Shown: piece by piece, positions 40,006-47,969 of the stretch | How the letters are laid out: each line of letters starts with the position of its first letter | Position numbering within the stretch: the stretch's first letter is position 1 | Origin: Candidatus Latescibacterota bacterium | GTDB lineage: Bacteria; Latescibacterota; UBA2968 | Assembly: GCA_965205975.1 (NCBI GenBank) | Contig: OZ242195.1 | Coordinates: forward strand, 864,001-928,000 | Reading direction: 5' to 3' | Length of the DNA: 64,000 bases | The notes under the pieces: model-generated | The model's database searches: none | What the model saw: the letters and a program-made list of their open reading frames with translations, nothing else | Told to the model about the DNA's origin: nothing | Position numbers and translations under genes: made by a program

Positions 40006-41369
40006 CAATACTGTGAACAGTTTTAAGCGGCGCGTGCGCCATAATCCTTAAGGGATTGATATTCAGGTCGTTTTTTGATGCAAGTGTGCTCCAACCCGAA
40101 GATGCGAATAATTCGATTGAGATAATGTTGATTGAATGCCCTGATTTTCACACTGCCCATAGAGAAGCGATGCACGCCGTCCTTCTTTTTCGCGTTGAGG
40201 CATTCAGATTTGGCCAAATTTAAGGTGGTCAAAGACGCATTAAAATGAAAGTCGAGGCGTGCCTGATCCCGTGCTTGAGAATCGGCCAGACCTGTAAACT
40301 GTTTGGCATCGCGGAAGAGAAACTCTATTTGGAAGCGTGCTTTGTAATAGCGATAGACCTGCCAAGCATCGAGTGTCTCATCTGTAGAAAAGAGAATCAC
40401 ATAGCAGGGTGTTTCGCCTTCTGCTTGTTTGAGCAGGACAACGACTTTGAGATTGCGGTTAAATGAGATATGGTTGAGCAGCCCGCTATAAAGGGTCAGG
40501 TCATCCTCTTGGCCTACAAAGTCAAATCGGGACAGGTCTTGCCAATTGACCTTGCCATCATAAGTTTTCTGTCGTCCTCTGCCTGGTCTTTTGGGTCCTT
40601 TGTATAAATAGCGACAGTTGGCATCACATCGCAGTTTGCCTACAATATCCTTGTTCAAGGCGGTGATGCCGTCAATAAAATCGGCATTGGCAAAGCTGCC
40701 ATCCACGACGATATAGTGTTCACACGCAGCCAAATGGGGTGCCACCTTGCCGATATGGTCAAGATATTGTTGCATTCTTGTCGTATGCACATCTTTGTCC
40801 TTACCATGAGCCTCTTGACCCTTTCTTTTGGCTTCTTCTTGCGAGAGGGTCTGTTCGACAGACAAGGTCAGTGCCGTATGCTTTTTTATATCTACGACGG
40901 CTAACGCTGAAATTTCTAACCCTTTTTGTGCCTTTGAAGCACATCCGTTCCAAAACGCATCGCGTGAGAAGGTGTGCTTGCCTGCTTTTTTGATGAAACT
41001 GGGATCAAAGGCCAGGATGCGGTCACTTTCTTCTCCAAAGGTTTCATCAATCACCTGCCGATTAAATCGGATAAAGTCAAATGGCTTAGCAAAGTTGCGA
41101 GAATAGGTATGCTCACACAAATCACTATACCGACTCATATTGCGAAAGTTGATCTTCCCGCGTGTGACGAGAATCGTTGTAAAAAGGGTCAACAGAAATT
41201 TCTTTTGCGGTTTGGATATTTTTATGCGATTGAGTATCTTTATTGCCAGTTCCATTGTGCCGTCTCTCCAGATGTGGGGTATCTTTGACTTGGGCGTTTA
41301 AGACACCTTAAATCTGCGTGAACGGCACTTTTTTGTCAAAACTTCTATCTTTTTTTGTTCACAGTATTG
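40006..41369 (-). mobile_element. Complete IS, ISH3/IS4/IS701-like, 1364 bp
   Basis: 14-bp terminal inverted repeats CAATACTGTGAACA/TGTTCACAGTATTG; 5-bp target duplication ATTAT (40001-05, 41370-74). Confidence 0.92.
40023..41255 (-). CDS. DDE transposase
   Basis: AFDPSFI, VVDGSF, YKARFQIEFLFRDAKQ (YREK-like) motifs. Confidence 0.93.
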   Translation of the reverse strand: MELAIKILNRIKISKPQKKFLLTLFTTILVTRGKINFRNMSRYSDLCEHTYSRNFAKPFDFIRFNRQVIDETFGEESDRILAFDPSFIKKAGKHTFSRDAFWNGCASKAQKGLEISALAVVDIKKHTALTLSVEQTLSQEEAKRKGQEAHGKDKDVHTTRMQQYLDHIGKVAPHLAACEHYIVVDGSFANADFIDGITALNKDIVGKLRCDANCRYLYKGPKRPGRGRQKTYDGKVNWQDLSRFDFVGQEDDLTLYSGLLNHISFNRNLKVVVLLKQAEGETPCYVILFSTDETLDAWQVYRYYKARFQIEFLFRDAKQFTGLADSQARDQARLDFHFNASLTTLNLAKSECLNAKKKDGVHRFSMGSVKIRAFNQHYLNRIIRIFGLEHTCIKKRPEYQSLKDYGARAA

Positions 41370-41916
41370 ATTATTGGAGTTCTGGGCTTACTGGTTGCAT
41401 TTGGTCTGGGGGCCACAATAAGGCTTCCATTAAATACTGAAGCAAAAGAAGACCGCCCGACACAAAAGCCTCTATTGGACACCTCGTTACAAACAACTCC
41501 TTCAGGGTGCTGGGAGCCTGCAAAAGGAGAACAGGTTTGTGCGGAAGCTATTTGGAGATTTACAGGCCACAAGGAACACTCTGCTGTCGTGATAGTGAGC
41601 GGGACATATAAAGTGAATTGGGAGAACAGATCAACAAGACAATGGGCCGTGCGTTTTGAGCTTAAATTTTATGATAAGTATGGGTTTGAAATTTCATCAT
41701 TTCCGCCACCAAACACCAATAATTTCCCCCGCGATATTGATAAAGATTTCCAGTTTAAAATCAATCCCAACTCCCAACAAACAAAGGCAAAAGGTTTTTA
41801 TCTTCGGTTATCTAACCTGGAAGAGGCCAGCTCTATTTCTGAAATGAAAATTTTTGGGAGAGTATATTCGCCAAAGTGGGATCGTTGAAATGGAAATGAT
41901 ACATAATACACCAACT

Positions 41917-42072
41917 TCAAGAATTATCCCACCGAAACACGGGAGTATTTTCTGGTGGCATAATCCTCCATTCAGGGGGAAGAACATGAGTAAGGTATTT
42001 CTCTTTGGGTCGCCCATCAGATTTGGCAGACTTATCCCGTTTGACTTCCTTGCCAATATTTTCTAAATCCAT
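41917..42072 (-). CDS. Small hypothetical protein (51 aa, not in the ORF track)
   Basis: MDLENIGKEVKRDKSAKSDGRPKEKYLTHVLPPEWRIMPPENTPVFRWDNS*; GGAGGT RBS. Confidence 0.5.
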   Translation of the reverse strand: MDLENIGKEVKRDKSAKSDGRPKEKYLTHVLPPEWRIMPPENTPVFRWDNS

Positions 42073-42106
42073 GACAACTTACCTCCGGTGCGTAATGTTA
42101 TTCTCT

Positions 42107-42138
42107 GAAGTCCGCGTCTCCAGAAAGACGCGGACTTC
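42107..42138. other. Perfect 13-bp hairpin
   Basis: GAAGTCCGCGTCT-CCAGAA-AGACGCGGACTTC followed by GCTTTTT. Confidence 0.7.
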
Positions 42139-42149
42139 GCTTTTTGTGC

Positions 42150-42165
42150 TGAGTACATGTACTCA
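42150..42165. promoter_or_regulatory. Perfect 16-bp palindrome, candidate operator
   Basis: TGAGTACATGTACTCA, overlapping the -10 region of a minus-strand TTGACT promoter candidate. Confidence 0.55.
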
Positions 42166-42180
42166 AAAACAGGTCACAAG

Positions 42181-42357
42181 TCAATATTCCTCAATGGAAT
42201 ATGACGAAACAAAATCATCATACATCAGCCTTTTTCCTTCAAAACCTTGCACAATCACTTTCATCTGCTCAATAGTGTCGTGGGGTCGGATATCCTGCCT
42301 CATTACGAACTCATTGACGTAGAGTTGCAAGTGTTTCTTGCTCATCTTGCGGTACCT
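42181..42357 (-). pseudogene. C-terminal relic of an IS1595-family transposase
   Basis: YRKMSKKHLQLYVNEFVMRQDIRPHDTIEQMKVIVQGFEGKRLMYDDF, typical IS1595 'S.KHL..Y..EF..R' and 'GKRL.Y' tail. Confidence 0.8.
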
Positions 42358-42442
42358 GAAAGTCGCTCCGCAATGCGGAGCGTTTTGAAAAGGTTCGGTA
42401 AAATTGTCGTATATTGCGTATAAAAAAAGGGACCGGCCCCCC

Positions 42443-42565
42443 TTAAAATTTTACTGCATCAAATCTGTCTGTCCTCGGCACAGGCTTGTCTGCGTATCCG
42501 TGCAAAAGGTCTTTGAGAAATTGTGCTGTAATCGCATAGACATCGTGATCGAGAAATAACCTCAT
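42443..42565 (-). pseudogene. Truncated DUF5615 PIN-like toxin
   Basis: ATGA-coupled to DUF433; MRLFLDHDVYAITAQFLKDL then diverges and stops after 40 aa. Confidence 0.65.
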
Positions 42566-42807
42566 CGCGCCTCTGAAATATGAATATCTCCCACCTGCAC
42601 TAAGTTAATCGCATAATGGATACAAGCGCGAATGTCGTCTTCTTGAAGGTCAGGAAAATAATCAGAGAGGATCGTCTTAAACGAGATTCCCTCACGCACC
42701 AATTCGAGAACATCAACCACGGGGATCCGGGTTCCTGCTACACAAGGCTTACCAAAATGAATTTGGGGATCAACCGCAATCCTACCTCGATAATTTCCAT
42801 TTTCCAT
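42562..42807 (-). CDS. DUF433 antitoxin
   Basis: DPQIHFGKPCVAGTRIPV, YFPDL.EDDIRAC..YA. Confidence 0.92.
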   Translation of the reverse strand: MENGNYRGRIAVDPQIHFGKPCVAGTRIPVVDVLELVREGISFKTILSDYFPDLQEDDIRACIHYAINLVQVGDIHISEAR

Positions 42808-42858
42808 ATCGCTTAGACTCCAATTTAACGATGCACGATGAATAATATTTCAACCAGG

Positions 42859-42887
42859 AAAGTACCGTATAAAAAGAAAAAAGTCAA
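42859..42887 (-). promoter_or_regulatory. Sigma70-type promoter of the DUF433 cassette
   Basis: Minus strand TTGACT-17 nt-TACTTT. Confidence 0.5.
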
Positions 42888-42966
42888 TTTTCTCGCCAAG
42901 GCAGATAGGGGTAGGCGGTAGAACAGGGATAGAGATAAAAATTTCAGTGACTATTCACTTCAGTGA

Positions 42967-43184
42967 CTATTCACTACTAATCCCGTGTTCGTCGAGCCAG
43001 GTTTTGAGGGGAACGTCTTCGGGAGTGGGGAGGTGTAGCCGCGACCACCGGAGTAGCTGACGCCGAGGAGTTGTTTTTGGATGGGCGTGCAGTGGTCGAG
43101 ATAGTGTTCAACTCGCATGTCGTCGCGGGGGCGAAGCCAGTGGTAGGAGTAGCCGTAGAAGAGGACGCGGCGGGGGTCTTGCCA
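42967..43184 (-). repeat. Copy R3 of the PhyH gene 3' end (218 bp, 1-bp deletion)
   Basis: Matches 46415-46633; WQDPRRVLFYGYSYHWLRPRDD...; 16-bp tandem duplication at the stop (42943-42974). Confidence 0.95.
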
Positions 43185-43248
43185 GATGCCATGAATTTTC
43201 AGCGATGGCGGATCAACTTTGCACATTATGTTGTGCCTGTCTGTCCTG

Positions 43249-43611
43249 CTACGGAGATGCAATCAGCGGTTCTATCTCCCGCTCAATTTGGCGACGTACC
43301 GTGTGCTCGGCGACATCGAGATCGTAGCGGGTCTGAAGATTGATCCAGAACTCAGGCGTCATGCCAAAGTAGTGACCAAGGCGTAGCGCGGTATCGATTG
43401 TAATTCCATTAATTCCATGCACGATAGCGTCTAAGTCCTCCTCCGAAACTTTGATCCCCTGAGCAAGGCGAGCCACACTGAGATTCATCGGAATAAGGAA
43501 CTCATCGCGCAGGATTTCACCAGGATGTACCGGAGATAGTAGCTGTCCGGTTGTGACTTCCGAGAAGTCAACTTTTCGCCGGTCCAGTTCTTCGCGTTTA
43601 ACGGTCATCAT
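43249..43611 (-). CDS. HigA/VapI-family antitoxin (orphan)
   Basis: PVHPGEILRDEFL, TALRLGHYFG.TPEFWINLQ.RYDL; no adjacent HigB. Confidence 0.92.
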   Translation of the reverse strand: MMTVKREELDRRKVDFSEVTTGQLLSPVHPGEILRDEFLIPMNLSVARLAQGIKVSEEDLDAIVHGINGITIDTALRLGHYFGMTPEFWINLQTRYDLDVAEHTVRRQIEREIEPLIASP

Positions 43612-43624
43612 TTATCTCCTCAAA

Positions 43625-43682
43625 CTATTCACTACTAATCCCGTGTTCTTCGAGCCAGGCTTTGAGAGACACGTCTTCGGGA
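43625..43682 (-). repeat. Copy R2 of the PhyH gene 3' end (58 bp)
   Basis: Matches 46415-46472; encodes PEDVSLKAWLEEHGISSE*. Confidence 0.92.
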
Positions 43683-43718
43683 TTATCTATCATTTACGTC
43701 ATTATCGGTTTGTACTCT

Positions 43719-45275
43719 TCATGCAAGAGCTGTCTCGAACCCTATCAGATTGCGGGTCTCGCGGCTGAACTCTACCCCGATCATAAAAATCGGCTCGCCC
43801 AAGTCGCGGTATTTGTCCGCATAGCCCTTTGCCTGCAATTGCGCCATTGCAGACCCTTCCGGTGCCAATTCCACCACTTTGAACTCGAACAGATACACAG
43901 TGTCGTTGAAACGAACCACCATGTCCAGACGCCCATCGCTGCCACTGTCTTCCACAACGATGTCGAATCCCACCGATGCGAAGTAGGAGTAGAACACGCT
44001 GGCATAGTAGCCTTCGTAGTTCGCTATATCATTGTTTGTGTGCCACTGATAGGGAATGCTGGCGAAAAACGCCTTGAACAGGCTTTCCAGGCCAGCGAAG
44101 TCATTGACCAGCAGCAGGTCATACAGACGGGCGCGATGCTCCGTGCGCTGTGAGGGATCGCCAGTCAGGTGATTTAGCAGGCTCCTGTTCAAGCTCTGAC
44201 GCACTTCCCGATTCGGATAGGATAGCCGATAATACATCTCGCCACCGCGCGGTTCGGTTTGGATAATCGTGAGATAGCCGGTCTGGAACAGCAGGGCTTC
44301 GGTGGCGATGTGGTCAACATCAAAAGCCGACAGCAAATCATCACTGCCCAGCATGTTGTCCAGCGCCAGCGCACCGACCCCGCGCGATAGTAGCGTCTCG
44401 ATCAGAAATGTAGGCGTGCCGGTCTCAAACCAGTAGGCTTCGAAGCTCTGCCTTCTGAACAGCAGGAGGATGTCGAAGGGGTTATAGACCTTCTCCTGTC
44501 CCCGCCAGCTATAGCCATTGTACCAGTCGCGGATCTCATCCCTGTCCAGACCCGGCAGTTCCGGTGCGAACACCGTGTCGAGGTCCTCCTCGGTGTAGCC
44601 GCAGATGGCGGAATATTGTGGATCAATGGTGATGTCTGTAAGATTGTTGAGGCCAGAGAACAGGCTGACTTTGGAGAATTTGCTGACGCCCGTGAGGAAT
44701 GTGAATTTGATATAGGCATCACTGGACTTGATGGTTGAATACAGACCGCGCAGAAAATCGCGGTTGGCGCGTGCGACCTCTGGCACCTCAAGCGCGTCCA
44801 GAATCGGCTTGTCGTATTCATCAACAAGCACGACAACACGCTGTCCAGCACAATCGTGCAATGCCTCAATCAGTGAGGCAAAACGCCCCGGTGCTGTCAC
44901 GGCCTCTGTAACCACTCCAGAGCGGTTTTCAATGGCGGTCAGTTGCTCCATCACATTTGCCTGCAAGTAGTCAGGCTCTTTGAAATTGCCGCTGCCAAAA
45001 TCGAGTCGCACAACGGGATAGCGAACAGACCAGTCCCAGTGGTCATGGATATGAAGCCCCTCAAACAGCGGTTCATTGCCCTCGAACAGTTCCTTCAGTG
45101 TGTCCAGAAACAGGCTTTTGCCAAAGCGACGTGGACGCGATAAAAAGTAGTGTGTGCCCTCGTCTATCAGTCGCCGCATGTGGACCGTTTTATCGACATA
45201 GTAGCAGTTTTCCTCCCGAATTTTACGGAAGGTCTGAACGCCGATAGGCAGCTTGCATCTGTCTGATATGCCCAT
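43719..45275 (-). CDS. AAA-ATPase-like protein with C-terminal PD-(D/E)XK nuclease (DUF1703 type)
   Basis: LPIGVQTF, YVDKT, SRPRRFGKSL, DEYDKP, SGLNNL, GRLD...FEFK. Confidence 0.93.
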   Translation of the reverse strand: MGISDRCKLPIGVQTFRKIREENCYYVDKTVHMRRLIDEGTHYFLSRPRRFGKSLFLDTLKELFEGNEPLFEGLHIHDHWDWSVRYPVVRLDFGSGNFKEPDYLQANVMEQLTAIENRSGVVTEAVTAPGRFASLIEALHDCAGQRVVVLVDEYDKPILDALEVPEVARANRDFLRGLYSTIKSSDAYIKFTFLTGVSKFSKVSLFSGLNNLTDITIDPQYSAICGYTEEDLDTVFAPELPGLDRDEIRDWYNGYSWRGQEKVYNPFDILLLFRRQSFEAYWFETGTPTFLIETLLSRGVGALALDNMLGSDDLLSAFDVDHIATEALLFQTGYLTIIQTEPRGGEMYYRLSYPNREVRQSLNRSLLNHLTGDPSQRTEHRARLYDLLLVNDFAGLESLFKAFFASIPYQWHTNNDIANYEGYYASVFYSYFASVGFDIVVEDSGSDGRLDMVVRFNDTVYLFEFKVVELAPEGSAMAQLQAKGYADKYRDLGEPIFMIGVEFSRETRNLIGFETALA

Positions 45276-45390
45276 CTCTCATCTCCAGATTGTGATGTCA
45301 GTGCCGCCGGTTGATCAATAACCGACTTGATTGATGCAAACATGCCTGCCTATTCGAATCCACAGCATTGCACTTAAAAATTTTTAGTGA

Positions 45391-45609
45391 CTATTCACCA
45401 CTGATCCCGTGTTCGTCGAGCCAGGTTTTGAGGGGCGCGTCTTCGGGGGTGGGGGAGGTATAGCCGCGTCCACCGGAGTAGCTGACGCCGAGGAGTTGTT
45501 TTTGGATGGGTGTGCAGCAGTCGAGATAGTGTTCAACTCGCATGTCGTCGCGGGGGCGAAGCCAGCGGTAAGAGTAGCCGTAGAAGAGGACGCGGCGGGG
45601 TTCTTTCCA
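45391..45609 (-). repeat. Copy R1 of the PhyH gene 3' end (219 bp)
   Basis: 200/219 nt identical to 46415-46633 by manual alignment; open frame WKEPRR...HGISGE*. Confidence 0.97.
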
Positions 45610-45652
45610 TCAGAAAACACCGATCTTACACGACCCTATGAGTGGCACTGCT

Positions 45653-45991
45653 TCACTGATGCCGTATCTGAATTGTCCAAATTCCAGACGGCAAACTATC
45701 CCAAGCCATAACGCTACTGGCGACAAATTCGGCTTTCACTGAATCTGGCACATCGCTGTGAATACGAAACAAGATGACGCCGTGAGGGGCGGACATACCG
45801 TCACGATGCACAAGGTCTCCAAAGTCCTTATCATACGTTATCAGCGCACGTCTTTCCCGCGTTGCCAATTCCAGCAGGTTGGGGTCTGCTTCGCCCCGGT
45901 CCGTTTCCTTCGTCCATCGCACATCCTGGCCTGCAGCACGTAGCCGGACAACGACCTGCTCCGATATATTTTCGTCGGCAAGTATTCTCAT
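45653..45991 (-). CDS. DUF5615 PIN-like toxin
   Basis: MRILADENI, LITYDKDFGDL, GVILFR. Confidence 0.9.
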   Translation of the reverse strand: MRILADENISEQVVVRLRAAGQDVRWTKETDRGEADPNLLELATRERRALITYDKDFGDLVHRDGMSAPHGVILFRIHSDVPDSVKAEFVASSVMAWDSLPSGIWTIQIRHQ

Positions 45992-46261
45992 CTACCGTTT
46001 GCCATCCATAATCGCATCAATATCCTCCCAAGTCACATTGGACAGCTTTGCACCAGTAGCGGCGTATTTTCGACAGGCTCGGATATCCTCCGGGGTGATG
46101 TGCGAGTACATACGAATGATATCGGCTTCACTGCGCCCCCCGTCCAGCAATTCCATGATCAGTTCCACCGAAATCCGAGTGCCTTTTATTGTTGGTTTCC
46201 CGGCCAGTATCAACGGGTCAGTGACAATGCGATTCTGCCAGATTGGATTCTTATTTATCAT
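45992..46261 (-). CDS. DUF433 antitoxin
   Basis: DPLILAGKPTIKGTRISVE, EDIRAC..YA. Confidence 0.92.
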   Translation of the reverse strand: MINKNPIWQNRIVTDPLILAGKPTIKGTRISVELIMELLDGGRSEADIIRMYSHITPEDIRACRKYAATGAKLSNVTWEDIDAIMDGKR

Positions 46262-46344
46262 AACGTGTCTCCTCCTTTAGACTCTGGTCTCTGCAACCTC
46301 ATTACCTACCCGGAGTCTGTAAAAAAGTTCCAGGTGACAAAGAC

Positions 46345-46373
46345 AGTATATTCAGTTCTGCATGTTTTGTCAA
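46345..46373 (-). promoter_or_regulatory. Sigma70-type promoter of the DUF433/DUF5615 cassette
   Basis: Minus strand TTGACA-17 nt-TATACT. Confidence 0.75.
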
Positions 46374-46414
46374 CGCGCTGTCTTCATTCTCCTGCTCACC
46401 ACCTGTGCCGTTGA

Positions 46415-47260
46415 CTATTCACTACTGATCCCGTGTTCTTCAAGCCAGGCTTTGAGGGGCGCGTCTTCGGGAGTGGGGGAGGTGTAGCCTCGACCACCGG
46501 AGTAGCTGACGCCGAGGAGTTGTTTTTGAATGGGCGTGCAGCGGTCGAGATAGTGTTCTACCTGCATGTCGTCGCGGGGGCGAAGCCAGCGATAGGAGTA
46601 GCCGTAGAAGAGTACGCGGCGAGGTTCCTTCCAGTAGTTGGTACTGGCGGAGTGCCATAAGCGGCGGTCAAAAAACACGGCTGATCCAGGGGGTACGAGC
46701 ACCGGGATAGCGTCTTTGTGTAGCGCGTTGCGGTCTTCTCCGGGAAATGTGTTTTGCGTTTGGCTCTTGGGAAGGACGTAGAAATTGCCGCGGCCCTGCT
46801 CAGTCGTGTCGGTAAGAAAAAAGCCGATTTTGAGGGAGATCATGGGACGCGGGTTCATGTCAAAATCCTGATTGATGCGGCCGCTGTCTTGATGGAAGCC
46901 GAGTCCGGGTCCGTCTTTTTCGAATGTTTTGTGCGGTTCTGCAGGGGGTGTCACGGTCATGTGGGTGTGGTAGAGTTGGATGTGCCAGCCCAGGATGCCC
47001 CACACTTTGGGGAATGTTTTGTACCAGTCGAGCAAGGGCAAAAAGTGGTCGTCTTTGCCTATGAAGTCGTAGTGGTTGATGCGCGCTGTGGCACTTTTGC
47101 CCATCCGAGCGCGTTCTTCTTTATCCACGCGATCTACTGCGGCGACGAGATCGCTGACCATATCGGGTGGTAGGGCATCTGGAACGATGAAATAGCCATC
47201 TCGTTTGAATTTGCGCGCTTCTTCTTCTGTCAGACAATAATCGAGACATTTGGGGTGCAT
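46415..47260 (-). CDS. Phytanoyl-CoA dioxygenase (PhyH) family Fe(II)/2OG enzyme
   Basis: RDGYFIV, FHQD, GSAVFFDRRLWH...N...R motifs. Confidence 0.9.
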   Translation of the reverse strand: MHPKCLDYCLTEEEARKFKRDGYFIVPDALPPDMVSDLVAAVDRVDKEERARMGKSATARINHYDFIGKDDHFLPLLDWYKTFPKVWGILGWHIQLYHTHMTVTPPAEPHKTFEKDGPGLGFHQDSGRINQDFDMNPRPMISLKIGFFLTDTTEQGRGNFYVLPKSQTQNTFPGEDRNALHKDAIPVLVPPGSAVFFDRRLWHSASTNYWKEPRRVLFYGYSYRWLRPRDDMQVEHYLDRCTPIQKQLLGVSYSGGRGYTSPTPEDAPLKAWLEEHGISSE

Positions 47261-47276
47261 TGTTTGGCTCCTTATC

Positions 47277-47738
47277 TCAGGTCTTTGTTTTACAACGTCG
47301 CGTCAGTACATACCGATCTTCTGCGGCGCGATAATAACCTTTCACAAAGTTTCTCTCGCTAAATCCCCATTTTTCGTACAGGGAAATAGCACTTTCATTT
47401 TCGGGATCTACTGTTAAAAAGCAGTCCACGCCGATTTGATCGCAGGCGGCTAAAATCGCGTCGAACAAAGCGGAACCTATGCCTTTCCCGCGATAGGGAT
47501 GATCTACAAATACTTTGTGCAAACAATAAAGGCTGTCCGTCCTCGTGGGAAATGCCAGCACAGCACCGATCAGTTTCTCGCGCTCCCACGCACAAAACAC
47601 CAGTGCGTGCTCTGTCCACAATCGCCAGACGTGTTCGCCATCGGGAATATACTCAGAATTTCGGTTTTGTGCCCATGCTTCTCGATCCAATTTTGCGATT
47701 TCCAAAAAATCGCGTGTCTTGGCACGTTGGATGTGCAT
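47277..47738 (-). CDS. GNAT N-acetyltransferase
   Basis: VDHPYRGKGIG, NESAISLYEKWGF. Confidence 0.92.
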   Translation of the reverse strand: MHIQRAKTRDFLEIAKLDREAWAQNRNSEYIPDGEHVWRLWTEHALVFCAWEREKLIGAVLAFPTRTDSLYCLHKVFVDHPYRGKGIGSALFDAILAACDQIGVDCFLTVDPENESAISLYEKWGFSERNFVKGYYRAAEDRYVLTRRCKTKT

Positions 47739-47969
47739 TTCAAATACTCCTGCGAATAGCGGTTTGTACCTGTGTAGATATGTAGAAATGTTCGATGTGC
47801 GTCAAGTTATTTTGTATGTCTTATGGGAGATCCTTCAAAGGCATTGACATTATTACAGCAAGTCCTATCTTCAGATGCGGTTGGCAACTACAAGTTCATC
47901 CACTTTCAGCTTTTGGCCCTTTGTTTTGCCGACCGATAGCGGCTGAGAGCTACCAATTGGGAGATAAAA

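Larger units (their letters stand above)
39977..41888 (+). pseudogene. Secreted or membrane-anchored hypothetical protein interrupted by an IS in codon 10
   Basis: Removing the IS and one ATTAT copy restores MKKHYWISIIGVLGLLVAFGLGATIRLP... in frame; AAGGAGG RBS before GTG 39977. Confidence 0.85.

Noticed and set aside
42364..42382. Hairpin CGCTCCGC-AAT-GCGGAGCG as a REP or IS200 end
   Set aside because: It is a single copy in the window with no associated TnpA.
42960..45620. ORF-track proteins 42960-43262, 42977-43192 and 45384-45620 as real genes
   Set aside because: They are translations of the displaced phyH tail copies, partly in alternative frames.
42967..46633. PhyH 3'-end repeats as a diversity-generating retroelement TR/VR pair
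   Set aside because: Mismatches involve all four bases and are mostly synonymous rather than adenine-specific, and no reverse transcriptase is in the window.
42943..46633. Cassette array as a classical integron or a CRISPR array
   Set aside because: The separators are protein-coding tails of unequal length without attC structure or regular spacers, and no intI or cas genes are present.
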